DNA of 64,000 bases from Camelus ferus. Taxonomy: Eukaryota. Position numbers and translations under genes: made by a program. This document shows, one piece after another, positions 13,036-26,470 of the stretch. How positions within the stretch are numbered: the first letter of the stretch is position 1; every line of letters starts with the position of its first letter. Below the pieces are notes generated by a model that made no database searches, was not told the DNA's origin, and worked only from the letters and a program-made list of their open reading frames with translations. The stretch is from NCBI RefSeq assembly GCF_009834535.1, contig NC_045697.1:9178001-9242000 (forward strand), in the 5' to 3' direction.

Positions 13036-13248
13036 CAGAGTTTCTCAACCTCAGCGCTGTTCATTTTGGGCCATATAATTCTTTTTTGGTGGGGATTGCT
13101 CTCTATGCTGTAGGGTAGTTAGCAATATCCATGGCCTCTAACCCCTAGTAGCCTGAAGCATGCCCTCCCTAGCGATAAAATTTTTTTAAAAGCTCCAGAT
13201 TTGTCAAATGTTCCCTGAAGGGCAATCACCCTTGCTTGAGAACCACTC
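13036..13248. mobile_element. MER20 (hAT-Charlie MITE), full length
   Basis: Termini cagagtttctcaacc and ttgagaaccact; internal ttttgggccatataattctttttggtgggg...agcaatatccatggcctct matches MER20. Confidence 0.85.
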
Positions 13249-16200
13249 TTCTCTTTAATATTGGAAACCTTAGGGTATTGAGAAGATCTGGCTGTGGAAG
13301 TCTGTGTTCTTTGTACAACTTATTACTTGAAATGGATCTGAAAAGAATCCAGAGTTCAATAAGGCCTGCTTTTTGCAATTAAGACATCTATATTCTACTA
13401 GAGGAAATACCATATTTGAATATATAACAGTAATATAAAGTATCAATGAATGTAAGAAATGTTCCAAAACCTGCATGGACCTAATGGCAGGTGCCCACCC
13501 CAGACTCCTGAGAAGCTCTAAATCTGGGGACCATGATAAGAAAACCATCCAAGCAAGAAAAGATAGAAGACTAATCAGAAATAAAGGCTGAGAACCACAA
13601 TTTGGAATAGCTGTGGAAGCCAAGAGGGGAGATTTAGGGACATGGCCCTACTGATGGGGCACATTCTCCACAGAGAGTGGAGGGAGGATGCAGAACAGCC
13701 AGGAGCCTGAGGGAGAGACAGCCCTTCTTGACTGAAACTAAAGCACTTTGGCTGAGGAGACAGCAGGCGGATGGCAGCAAGGGAGTGAGAAGTGATGGAA
13801 GATGAGGAAGTGGAGGCAGAAGAGGAAACCAGTTTGGGAAAGCTTATTTTGGAAAAGAGTGAAAGCTATGGCCTGAGGGTAAAGCAGAAGAGGGAAATTT
13901 AAGCTGGTGTATTCACAGAATGATTCCAGAACCAGACAGGCTGGGTTTATAACAATAAAGGTGTAAAAAGCAATGTTGTTTAGGTAACTAAAGGGCTCTT
14001 TTTGTTTTGTTTTGTTTTTGGGTTTTTTTTTTTCATTTTATTTATTTTTGAACGACTTTGAAGATTATGCACCACACAAAGGTGAACAGGAGGTAACTGG
14101 CCAGAACTCTTCACAGAAAGGAAGACAGTCGCAGGGATGGATCTCTCTTTCTTGCTGGCACTTCCCTGAGAAATCACAGAAGGAAGATGCTTTTCTCTTC
14201 AAGCCTCTAAGAGCCAGGTACCCCTTTAAAGCAGTGACTTTCTCAGGACCGCAGCTGATGCTGTGCCAGAAGCTGCCTCTCTGAAACAAAACAATATGAA
14301 ACAAAACAAAACACTCCAATTTGTAGCATTTGCTGATTTCTGTGGTGTCAGTATCCAGCCCCTGTGCCATGGCTAAAGTTAAGCTAGCATCGAGAATCTG
14401 TTCTCCTAGGGTATGGTTCTTGCTAGCTGGTGTGAGCTGGCTTCCCGCATGGTGAGCCAGTATGAACTGGTTGCAGCTCACCAGCGTGGCCTCAGTCTCC
14501 ATCCGCTAAGTCATGCTCTCTGGAAGGCTGTCTTCCCAGCATGTATGTCTTGACTAAATGTTTGGGCAGAAGCAAAACTTTCAAGTTAAGGGCTTTTTAA
14601 GTGCCCCCTTGTCTCAAGGTAATAGTTTTTATTTTTGTGACTTTCCATCTGTAACTCCACTTAGAATGTACAGGATTGGCTTACACATAGAGCCAAAGGC
14701 TAACTTGAAATTTGCAGGGCAAGTGTGGTCCACCAAAGATGTTTAGAACAACTACAAAAAGTAAATTTAAAAAGGGGAAAAAAATGACCAAAGTAAATGG
14801 TTCATGGGGGTAGAATTTAAATTGGTAGCTTCTTCTGTTTGGTTATTTTGAGAAGACTTTCACTTTATGCATTTGGACAGACAGAGAAGCAGTTATGTTT
14901 TTTTCTGGGTTGGGCTCAAGGAGTAGCTGTGTAATAGAGGACTTCCAGTCCTGAGAGCCATCTGCAATCCTGACAAGGAGAAGTAGTTTGTATATTCTGA
15001 GGTAGAAGAAGGGAGTAGGGAAAGACAGGGCATGTGGCTGGATGCACTGTATCTAGAAATTCTCACCTTTAATTCCACTGAATTTACATCATGAGGCTAG
15101 GACATTACATAAACTCCCAACTTAAAGGTAAAGATCATTGGTGCCCTTGTCTTTTGTTTCTTGTTCATTATAGGGAGGCCAAGAATAATTCTTCACACAT
15201 CAGTGTCATCAATTTAGGATCCAAATGGCCAGGTGTGCATGGTTTGGTTGCCTACTGAAAACATTTTTTGGAGATTTTTAAAAAATAATGTATTTTCATG
15301 TTACCAAAATATGTAGGAAAAAAACAATGAATGATGGAGAAAAAAAAAACAAACCTATAATCTGAGAGGCACCAATGTACTTTTGTCTTTTCCTCTCTGG
15401 TCTTTTTTTCTTATTATTTTTTACTATGTCTTTTATCCCTCAGGTCTTTTGAACAATGAGGTATGTTTCTAGTTCGTATCCTCCTTTAGAAAAGAAGTAT
15501 CAGTTGGTTGATGCTGATGAGAGAAATAAATTTGTTAACCTACCCCTGTCTTGCCTCTTCTGTCCCTGAGTATGTAAATTAAAGATATGACCAAAGGCTG
15601 GTGCAAAAAGTCAGAATATTGAATTCCTTAATTTGAACTCAAGGAAGGTATGTGGGTTGGAGAGCTCTCTGGGGAACAAGAGCAGAGCTTTTGTTTGCTT
15701 AATAACTGGAGATGTTGAGTTACCTCATTAGGCCCATGCAGGTTTAATGATGCTTTACTGAGGGTGCACTGGAAGGTCCCTGCAGAGGGCAGAAATTGTT
15801 TTCCTTGAAGATTTCTAAGGCATTGTAACTTCTTCTCTATAATTGCCCCATTTGGTTTTGACTTTCTTTTAATAGCACAGGCCTTTTCCTAAACATTTTT
15901 ATTTTCCATCTATCATCGTTCCTCTCACACAGTTCTCAGCTGATTTTTCTTGCTGCGGAGCCTATAATCACTCAGCTCTCACTGGGCCCTGCACTCGTGG
16001 AGAGCTGGGGATCGTGAGATTTTCTCCTGTTGACCCCTTATAGCACCCAATGGCTAATCATGATGACAATCCCTGCCAGTTCCAGGACGTGACAATCTAA
16101 CTGGCTCTTTTATAAGCATTTTCTCAGTCTATCATCACACACCTGGGATGAATGCAGGAGAGGGTTTTTTTGGGGTAAGTGGTACAAGGGGAAACCCAAG

Positions 16201-18469
16201 CATTTGGGACAATATTACGTTTGGAGGTAAAGGTACTTCAGCACTTGTCTTAAAACTTTCTTAACTTTGTGCTTTGCCTTTATCTCCTCTTTCATTTATC
16301 AGAAAGGATCCATTGCCTAGTTAGACAATACTCTTCTCTCACAGATGGTTTTAAGGTTGGCTTTTGTAGCTGTGTGTTTAGCATGGAAAAGCTGGAATTA
16401 TTTCTTATGTGTCATCTGTGTAATCTTGGTGCTCCCTTACCTACTGATGCTGGATTTATGCTCCACATAGCATCCCCATTGCCATGGTGATCTAAAGTGG
16501 CCTAATCCAGAAAGAGGGAGGCTTTCCAGGACTGAACCATCCAAAAGTTCAGACAAAAAGGTGAGATCATCAGATCAGTCCTTTGGGAACAAATGCCTCT
16601 GAATTTAAAGCACAAGTCACATTTCTAGACTTACTCTTGTAATCTCCTGGGATTGCAGCAAGCAAATGTGCTGTTGGGATATCAGAACTGCTGAAATAGA
16701 ATTGGATTGGCAAAGGTAATTTAATGGGCAATGAGACTGGTAAATTTTTATAAATAAAGCAAACATCTTTTTCCTTTGAATTGAGCTGGACATATTGCAA
16801 CTTCTGCTTCTATGACCCATCCATGCACCAAGATGTCAACCTTTTCCCTTAATATTCTACAAGGCACTCACTGTCTTATCCTTGACAAGTCCAGGGAGCC
16901 TTACTGAAAGCTGTGTATGTCAGAAAGGTGGGGAAGAGGTGTTGAGGGCTTCTGGTAATTGCTATGATGTTATTATCCCACTTCAAATGAGCCTGAGAGC
17001 AATTTTCCTGCAGTTCATAATTGGTCAAGAGTAAAAGATGGAATTCAAATCCAATTCTGCTGTGAGGCCTTCTAACTCTGAATCCAATTTTCTGTCCTTT
17101 CTATCCTTGTTGCCACTTACATGTAGAGTGTTCACTAAAGGTTTGTTGAACTGGGTTAAATAGAACTGCAGGGCAAAGGGAGTTTTAGATCTGCCTTTCC
17201 AATAAAGGACAATTTCCTCTGGACCAGATTCTCAGCTTTCTGTTCTGCCTCTGAGTTCATTTGATAAGAGACTTGATTTGGGCTTGTTTTAGCAGATAAG
17301 TTCAGTTAATATTTACTTCAGGAAAGTGGGATTAGTGAAGATAGGTGGAGAATGAATTATACATTCTCTGAGCAACTGAAGGTCATTAGGAAAGCATGCA
17401 GCGGTCAGAGATTTCTAAGTGAGACCTGCACAGAGAGGATTGGGGGCAGTTTCCAAATGTTCTGGCTTTTATTTTTCAGAGTCATTTTGGAAGTGGTGAA
17501 CTGGGACAATTAGGCTGTTAATTCAAATAAAAGGGAACTTTTTAATACAGAAAGTGACACATGCTCATGTAAATACGGAGAAGGCAGCCACAGAAGGCTG
17601 GTGGACAGGGCAGGCAGTCGGAGTGGGAGAATCACAGGAGCTGAGTATTTTGCTGAGTCAGTATATTAATAACCCAGGAAAAGGGACATGAGTTAGGGAG
17701 AATCAACTCAACTAGCAAAACAGACCCTAGCAAGGGCAGTAATTCTAATGCAGAGTCCAAACAGTGTGTGCAATTCAGGTAGCTTTTTGATAATATTAGC
17801 ACTGGACATTTGTCTCCAGAGGAAAAGAACATCTCCTGTAGGATGAAACTGGAGGTCAAAACAGGGCGATACCAATAGCTACTAGGTCATCCTTCATCCT
17901 CCTGTCCCATAGTCCAGGCACTGAGCTAAGTACTTCGCATAGATTAGCACATTAAATCCCCCAAATAGCCTTAAATGTCAGGGACAGTCATACAAAATTT
18001 GCAGATCAGGATAAACTGAAATTTTAATTTTTTGCCCCAATTCATATGCCCAAAGTGGAGGATTATAATGCAAACTCAGATTCAGTTGATGTTGAATTGT
18101 TATTGTGTATCATGTATCAGAGTACCTAAAAGTGCATGGCATGCTTCTTTCGAAGGGAAAACATGAGGGCTAGGACGAATGTTGTTTCAAGAGTCCTACA
18201 GAGAGATGGACTAGAAGCATTACAATTTGAGGCGGGGAGGTTATGGGTTTCCAGAGTTCATTTCTATCACAGGACAAACTCAACCATTTGGAGAGGAACT
18301 ATCCAGACCTCATCAGCTGATGGGGTGGAGGTTAAGGATCATCTTCTTTCTCTATTTAGAACTGACTGGCTCAGGAAAAGGGTAAACATGTTCAGGTGGG
18401 TAGAGTGGATGCTGCTCCAGTAACAGAAAGCTGGTGAAAACAAAGGCTGAAGAAAAAAGATGATCTGGG

Positions 18470-18575
18470 TGTCACTCACTATTCATTCAACAAATATTTG
18501 TTGAGTGTCTGCCATTTACCAGGTAGTGTCCAGGTGTCAGGACACAGTACATGATGCAGGGAACAAAACCATAAT
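18470..18575 (-). mobile_element. L2 3' end
   Basis: cactattcattcaacaaatatttgttgagtgtctgcc is the antisense L2 tail. Confidence 0.7.
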
Positions 18576-18579
18576 TAAA

Positions 18580-18790
18580 AGGAGCAGAAGCTTTGGTGGT
18601 AGGCAAATCCCAGCATTGTCACTGACCAGCTGAGTGACCTTGGGCATGATACTCGACCTTCTGAGTCTCTGCCTCTTCTTCAACATGGACATAAAGGAGT
18701 CCATCTCTGAGAGTTACTGTGAGAAGTAACTAAGATGATTCATGTGAAATGCATGGGTCATGGTGGACACACACTAAATAGTAATGATAC
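18580..18790 (+). mobile_element. MIR SINE
   Basis: caaatcccagcattgtcactgaccagctgagtgaccttgggca...ctgagtctctgcctc matches the MIR core. Confidence 0.75.
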
Positions 18791-19034
18791 TTCCACTCAT
18801 TACTGAGAACTTAACTCTACTGAGAAAATACATGTCTAGTTTTTTTTTTTTCATAATGTAATAAGATGTCATCTTCCTTGTGCCGCTTTCTAAGTATTCT
18901 ATAGAATCTAAATGTTTCATCTTGTTTCCTGGAGGACACTAACATATCAATGGATTTCTTGGGTCTTAAATTCTACGTTTCTGGGCTCTACTCATCCTCT
19001 ACCTCCCTTTTTCCTTCTACATAGCTTGGCTAAT

Positions 19035-19533
19035 ATATGGTTAAATTTATGTGTCAACTTGACAGAGCCACACAGTGCCTGGACATTTGGTCAAACCTTA
19101 TTCCGGTTGTGTCTGTGAGAATGCTTCTGGATGACATTAATATTTGAATAAGTAGTCTGAGTAAAGCAGGTTGTTCTCCCTAATGTGGATGAAGCTCATT
19201 CAATCAGTTGAAAGCCTGAGTAGAATAAACAGGCTGACTTCTCCCAGAGTAAGAGGCCACACCTTCTGCCTGACTGCCTTGAGTTGGGACGTCAGCTTTT
19301 TCCTTCCTTTGGACTTGAACTAAAACATGGGTTCTTCTTGTTTCCTGAACCTGCTGGCTTTTGTACTGGAACTACACCACTGGCTCTCCTGGTTCTTAGG
19401 TCTTCAGACTGGGACTGAAAAAGTGCCTCTCATGGGCCACCAGTGTTCAGCTTGCTGGCTACAGATCTTGGGACTTCTCAGCGTCCTTAATGGCATGAGA
19501 CAATTCTTTATTTTAGATAGATAGATAGATAGG

Positions 19534-19583
<50 letters not shown>

Positions 19584-19624
19584 TAGTAGATAGATAGAAA
19601 TAGTAGAATATATCTCTATCTATC

Positions 19625-19677
<53 letters not shown>

Positions 19678-19716
19678 GTATATATCTCTACTGGTTTCTC
19701 TGGAGAACCCTAACAC
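19035..19716 (+). mobile_element. MLT2B-like solo LTR (ERVL)
   Basis: Starts tatggttaaatttatgtgtcaacttgac; ends ctactggtttctctggagaaccctaacaca; carries a microsatellite near its 3' end. Confidence 0.88.
19514..19677. repeat. (TAGA)n followed by its reverse complement (TCTA)n
   Basis: Direct reading: TAGA tract about 19514-19597, short spacer, TCTA tract about 19611-19677. Confidence 0.95.
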
Positions 19717-21396
19717 AGTTGAGGATGCTGAAGTGTAGAAATGGGATCTTCCTAAGGTCATGCTAGTTCCCAGGGGAGAAAACAGTAATTTCCAGCTGTC
19801 TTGGCTTCCAGGCCAGGGAACCTCCTGTATATGTCTTCACTTCATGCTTTCATTCTGCCTCCCAGTAATAAATGCTACTTCAAAATTAAAGAAGAAGGGA
19901 ATGTAGATCAAAGATCTTCACAAGTTAGATGGGATCTAAATTAGGCAGCAATGATGCTACCTAGACTGAGAGAGAAGACGGGCCCTGCCAATGTCCGAGG
20001 GGAGGGGACTGGCTTATTTATTCAGCACACGCTCTGTACAAAGCACACTCACAGCTCTCATCTTTTAATTTTCACGGAAATCTACCTTTGCCTCCATTTT
20101 TAGATGAGGTCATTTCTGAATCCAATGCTTACATTCTCACCACGATGACAAACTCACTCCCCGAAGCCCAGCAGAGGAATGGATGGAATGCCCTGGAGAT
20201 CCCTTTCCAAAACTCTGAGTAGGAGAGATGCTGAGGGGGCCTGAGGATGTGTGAGATGGCCAGGTTCAGCTTTTCACTCTGATTCTAGTCTTGCCTCTTT
20301 CCCTCTTTATCACCAGCCCCATATGCCTGTGTGGTGCACATGAGTCTGGGGAGATGCCAGGGCCTGGCAGGCAATGCCTGTTTTACAGCCAAGCACACCT
20401 GCTTTCTGCAGCCTGCCAAACCCTTTAGCTGCTGGCTCCTGGGCTGGATGATTATTTCTCTTCAGATCCCATGCCTACTTCCCTTTCCGTGGAAGAAAGA
20501 ATCCTCTCTCTCTGCCTCTCTCTCCCCTTCCAACCCCTCTCTTCCTCTCTCCCTCTCTCCTCTCCTTTCCTCTTTCTTTTTGGTTCGATTTTGTTATTCT
20601 ACAAAGATTAAAAAAAAATCCTCTCTCAAACTTTTGTGCTGTAGTTGAAACTTGTAGACAGGACTCATTCTATGTAAAACCTTATGCCTCTGGACTCCCC
20701 CTTTTGATCCTTAGTTTGGTAACCATTTCCCTTTGCTGCTTTCTCTTCCTGCGGAGTGTTTACCAAGCCCTAAACACTGATGTTTGTTCTGACTGGTGCT
20801 CTGCTGTTGTTCATGCAAATAGGATTTCCGCTTCAAACGTGGTTTTAATTTAATGGATGTTCTGGTTGTTTGTCATGGAAGCAAGATCCTGCCAGTAGAA
20901 CATTTTCTTAGCCAGCTCTGGTAACTCCCCAAGTTCTCACAGTTACTCCAGTCATTTAGTCTTGTTATATAAGGCCCAGATATTAGTGAATTAAAACCAC
21001 TTTGATTATATGCATTAAGTTCATAATCTGTAACATTTTTACATACACATATAAATGCATTTTTATCATAGATTTTTAAAAGGTTAAAAATAGAAATAAT
21101 TTTTCAATGTTTAGTATATAAATACATATATGCACATATGTTCATACACAGATGTATATATGTGCATACTTAATATGTATATATACTTCAAAGCTGTGAG
21201 TCTGCAATTACTTTATACTTGTATTCATGAAACTAATGAAGTCTTTTATTTACCAAAAAAAGCCAGAGAGCTAGATCCTGGTGCCCAGTTTCATATGCAG
21301 AGAGAAGGATCAACAGTAGAAGTCTGGAATTGTTAGGATACTGTGTGCTTGGATGAAAAGGGGTGTGTGCACAAAGTCCATAAACAATGTAATATA

Positions 21397-21615
21397 CAGT
21401 TGGCCCTCCATATCTGCAGGCTCTGAATCCACTGTTTCAACCAACAGTAGATGTAAACTATTCAGAAAAAAAATCCAGAGATGATTTAAAGTACATGGGA
21501 GGAAGTGTGTAGGTTATATGCAAATATATACCACTATACATGAGGGACTTGAGCATTCACGGATTTTGTATGAGGGTGAGGGGAATAATTCTCTGCAGAT
21601 ACCAAGGGATGACTG
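21397..21615 (-). mobile_element. MER2 (Tigger-family MITE), internally deleted
   Basis: Terminal inverted repeats cagttggccctc and agggatgactg with TA on both flanks (21395-21396, 21616-21617); internal taggttatatgcaaat...gggacttgagcattcacggatttt. Confidence 0.85.
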
Positions 21616-22784
21616 TAGGGGTCAGGAGTGTAGTAGAACTAGAGACATGCAGAGGGTGTCAGGGGTCAGCCCCAGGGGAGCAGAAGAAGAGAGTCTCTCA
21701 TTAGCTCAGTATAATTTATACTGAGATAAGACCACTTAAAGTTAATCCATAAAAATGGGATCACAGATATTGGAAAACATAAAAGCACGTTTGGCTGGGA
21801 TAATGTATGATAAATAAAACTAGCAACCATGAAAATAAATTCATTTATCATATTTAGAAGTGCAAGTTACATGCGCAATTATGATTTAATTCTTAGAATG
21901 AACAAAGAAAGCATCAAGTGGATTTCATTGTTTTTGAGGTGGATGAATGATTTTTATCAAAAGTATATGAGATCAGAATAAAATATTCTTCACTCCCAAC
22001 TGCCCTTAATACCATGACCTCAAAGAGAGTACTGTTTATAGAAAGAATATTTAGTACTTTACTCAAGTACCAAGAGCCTTTCTTAATCTTTTGGTAATCA
22101 AATTATTTTCTCCTGAAAAACTTTAGGGTTATCTTTGTAGTTTGTCCTTTCTTCAATTGTTAATTGATTTAGCCTGGCACTTTCTTATCTATCAATGATT
22201 TTAAAGGAGAAATGGGACCTTCTCCAAAATCACCCATCACTTTCATCAATTTAATGAAATTGTTTGCAAATTTTGCAATTCTTTTGCAATTACTTGGTAT
22301 TGTATTCCTCAAGTTGGGACTATCATATCAAAAGAACAGAGTAATTTATAACACCTGACAATCCTTAAGAGTCTAACCAAAAAGACATTGATACAATAGA
22401 TCAGAATGAATGTCAACGTTAAAAGGGAGATACATGTGATTAGTGACTCATGTTATGCATGGTTATTTCATTCATGAGCATTCTTAAAATTATTTTGACT
22501 TTTGCTTTCCTAGAAACTGTATAACTGTGGGAACAAGGACAGGGAGAATTGAATAAAATATAACACCTTTGGTCAAGAATTCTGTCTTAAGGGCTGCGTT
22601 ATAGTTTGGAAGCAAGAGGGAAGGAAGTGTTCAACATCCAGAGATACAGGAAATAGACCAGAAATAGAGAAAGTCAGAAATGGCTTATTCCACAGGCCCT
22701 GGGTGAGGCCTTTCCAGAACCTGGTTTCTGCTGGGGACTTATGTACAGGTGATGGACACCTTGGAATTATAATAATGCCATAGA

Positions 22785-23148
22785 TTGTGTTCTCTGGGAA
22801 AAAGGCTGAAGTGGAGATTAGCAGGCAGGAGGTTTTATCAGGGAGTGCTCTTAGTATCCACATCTGTGGCAGGGAAAGGAAAGAAGGATTTGGCAGTGGA
22901 GAAGTTGCAACACAGTCTTATCAGAAGACTCAGTGAAACTTCTGAGGCTGAGATGACTTCAGAATTATTCTGTGTTGAGAATGAGGGATCCAAGACCAGT
23001 TTAAACCTTCACATTAAGCAGTCATATGTGCAGACAGTCCCAGGGAGGTCATGTGAGTTCAGGGCAGGAGCCTTTGTTAGCAGAGGCAATTCCTATAAGA
23101 TACTGATGGGTGAGGCTGTCTGCCAGGACAGTCCCTGAAGCTTGGGAT
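22785..23148 (-). mobile_element. LTR16-family solo LTR (ERVL)
   Basis: gctgaagtggagattagcaggcaggaggttttatcagggagtgctcttagtatccacatctgtgg matches antisense LTR16. Confidence 0.75.
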
Positions 23149-26079
23149 GATAACAATAATAATAATAACTCATATTTATTGAAAGCTTACTACATGAATG
23201 TGTAGTCACTATTCAAAGTCCCTCACTTAAATTCTTTTTTAAAGAAGAATTATTCTAACAAACTTGTAAGAAAGATGCCATTATCATCCCCACTTGAAAG
23301 ACGGGCAATTGAAAGATGATGCAATTGAAGTTTAATGTGTAGGTGGAAGAACAGTAAGCCTACTGTTTACAGTGCAACACTCTGCCCAAACCATCAGCAT
23401 TTATCAAACAACTCTGTGTAACGCCTCCCTAACCACCAAAGCAAACTGCATAAGCTATCTTTCTACAAGTCACGTAATCCTCATCTGGCACATTGCTTTT
23501 CTATTCTTTCTTTTCATTTGTTAAGGGTGCCTTACAGAGTATACTTCTCCTCTCTTATTTCCTATAAGGGACGGATGCATATGAATCCATATTACAGAGG
23601 GGAAAATTGAGGTTCACTTATTCATTTATCTCTGACATTGAAAAGTAGCTAATCAGCATCATTATGTAACAAGAAAGGTGTGAGTTTAGGAGGAATCAGT
23701 AATAAATAATTTAGACAAAGTCACTTCCCTTAGCAAGGTTATAGCCCAGGTACTCACAGAGATAGACTTTTCCAGTCATAGATGTGACAATGGGCAAAAC
23801 CAGGACTGATACTGGGACATGTTGACTCCAGAATCTCTGTGCTTGCCTCTGAATCTTGCGTCTTTACTACAACTTCCTCTCACCTGGACACAAATGGAGG
23901 GGCTGCTCCTGGGAAATTTGCTTTGGGCTCTCCAGTCCCCATGTTGAAATCCTACATGGCAAAGTCACCCACTCAGCTGTCCTGACCTAATGCTTGAGTT
24001 GTCTTACCTTAACGCTTAATGCTTTTCACTGTCAGCCAACAAAATCAACAAACACAGAAATAAAGCTAACTGGAGAATAAATAGCCTCATTTACAATCAG
24101 CCTAGACAGTTTGAATTTTGGATAGATGATTTCAGTGCAACATCCACCCACAGGCAGAAGCATGACCCGAAAAATCTTTAGCACTTCTTTCCCACTCCGT
24201 GAGGCTGCCATCTCTCCTTCAGAAGAGAGAGGACTCACTGAAGTGGGGAAGCTGAAGGACAAATGTAGGTGATACAGATTTTTAGAAAGATCTGAACCAG
24301 GTTAGTGTAGAATGGATTTCCACAGGAATTGATCCATTTCTGTGCACAGTCATTACCGTACAAAGTGGATGCCCCAGAATGAGGACTTTTCTCCTTTCCT
24401 GCTTGAGGTTTTCTTGGCTGATGGAAGTCAAGTGGATTTACAAGTAGTTTCCTTAATCTCTATGAATACATTTCAGTTATGACAATTGTATAAATCTTTC
24501 CTCCTCAGCCATCTGAGCTAAAAATATAAAAACTATCAATACTTACCCAGCAAATGCAAGAATATAGACATCCTGGGTCAGGAAGATGGGAAATAGCCAC
24601 TAATTCTAATACATCGTGTAACTGCAGCTCTGTCATCATTTATGAAAGTTTTGTTTTAATGCATTATTTTTATCCCTTTCACATATATTAAGCAATTAAA
24701 AATAATGGTATAAGTTCTACCATTATTGAGGTCCTACTATGCACCAGGAACTTGCAAAACATTTTATATGCACCACTGTATTTATCCTTCTACATCTGAA
24801 ATCAGATTCTTTACTCAGAACACTTAGATTTTAGAGGTAGAACTAGAATTTGAGCACAGGTGTGTATGTGACTAGAGATTGTGATTTTCCCTGATCACAT
24901 TGGCTGTCCAGAATTGTTGTCCATGTGCACATAGTTGTATGTGTCTTCATCTCATAGGTTTTCTTGAGCATAAGGAAGGGCTTTCAGAGGCTGAATGGTA
25001 ACAACTATTTCTTGAGCTCCTACCATTGCCAAGCACAGGAGTTGACATTATAAAGGAAGACATAAAACAGACATTGTTCTCACCTGCAAGCAGCTTACAA
25101 TTTGTAAGGAAATAGTACATTACCATTTACAAGCACTATGGCAAAATATAACTTATATTTTTGAATTTCGTCATTCCACTCACCTTGTGAAATAGAGAAG
25201 AGCAGGTATTATTCACCTACTCTGGAATATCAGTTGCCTCACTTGTGAAGTGGATTCCCACTTCATAGAGTATCTGATACAGGATTGCAAGTGCTTTCAT
25301 ACATGGTACACATTACTTCTGGTTCAACGGAATTTCATGTTTACATGTGCAAAAGTTAATAAAATTAAATTAAAATTAAATTTTAAAATATAGATTCAGT
25401 ATTGTGGGAGTGGGAGAAAAGATAAGGAAGGAAGAGATGAAGGAACAATATACAATTCTAGTGCAGGTCTTCTTTGTATGAAGTGTTCTGTATATTCCAG
25501 TTTTGCAGAGAGAAAGAATAGGTAGAGAGATGTAAAACATTTCGCTCAAGATTTCATAGGTAGTAAGTAATACAGACAGGAATGAAATTCACTCAAACCT
25601 CGTACAGCATCACATAACCAGCCACAGGGAAGGGCATTCAGAGGAAGAGGAGGTTTTTCTGGGGCTCAGGGAGTATCGCAGTGTCAGCTCTCAGGACAAA
25701 GACTAAATTCCTCTTTTCTCTCTAAGTGCATGTCATCGTTCAGATTGGTAGCAGGCAGCAGTGACAATCAAGGGATTAGCTTTACATAATTATGAAAGCT
25801 TTTTTTTTTTTGGTTCTGCTAATATCACTGATAATTGGATCAGACTCTGGATAGAATAGACAATAAAGACAAGTATCCTAGCACAGATGTCTTATATTCT
25901 GTTGCTAAATATAAATATTAACAAAGAAAATGCACTTCCTTCCATTTGGGGAAATCAGTGCTTGCCACACAAAAGCTTATTACAAATCAGAGAGTTTATT
26001 TATAGGTAAAAAGTGAAGTGTTCACAAAAGTGAAGCCTAGAAGTGGTGATGGTCTCTAGTTCTGATTTCTGGGTATTTT

Positions 26080-26470
26080 TGGCTCTCTTCTTTCTGGTCA
26101 CATGGGAACTTCTGGTGCCTTTGAAGTTAGGAAGAGCTATATGAATAGTTTTAGGTCGAGCTATATGAATATTTCTGGCCAATGAATTGTGAGCAAAGGT
26201 GCTAAGGAACAAGTATTCAATTACTAGTGTGAGACCCTTCAGTCTCTCATTCTTTCTGATATGTTGACTGGTAATGTGTGAGATGGTGACTGCTTCATCA
26301 GGTCGGATTTCTGAGTGATTTTAATGAGAAGAGCCCCCACCCACACCCTTCCCCTAATGACCTGCAGTGGATATGTAGCATGAGTAAGAAATGCATGTTT
26401 CTTATTTTCAATATTGAGATTTTGGAATCAATTGTGCTTATTATCTACCTTAGTCTAGCCCGACTGAAAT
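26080..26470 (+). mobile_element. MLT1I/J-like MaLR solo LTR
   Basis: ctttgaagttagg...tctggccaatgaattgtgagcaaaggtg...gtggatatgtagcatgagtaagaaat; small internal duplication gagctatatgaata (26134 and 26158). Confidence 0.75.

Noticed and set aside
14065..14502. 145-aa minus-strand ORF
   Set aside because: No recognisable homology or splice support; length is compatible with chance in 64 kb.
19514..19677. CRISPR-like or other spacer-containing array
   Set aside because: Pure tetranucleotide repeats without unique spacers; no CRISPR-like array seen anywhere in this mammalian DNA.
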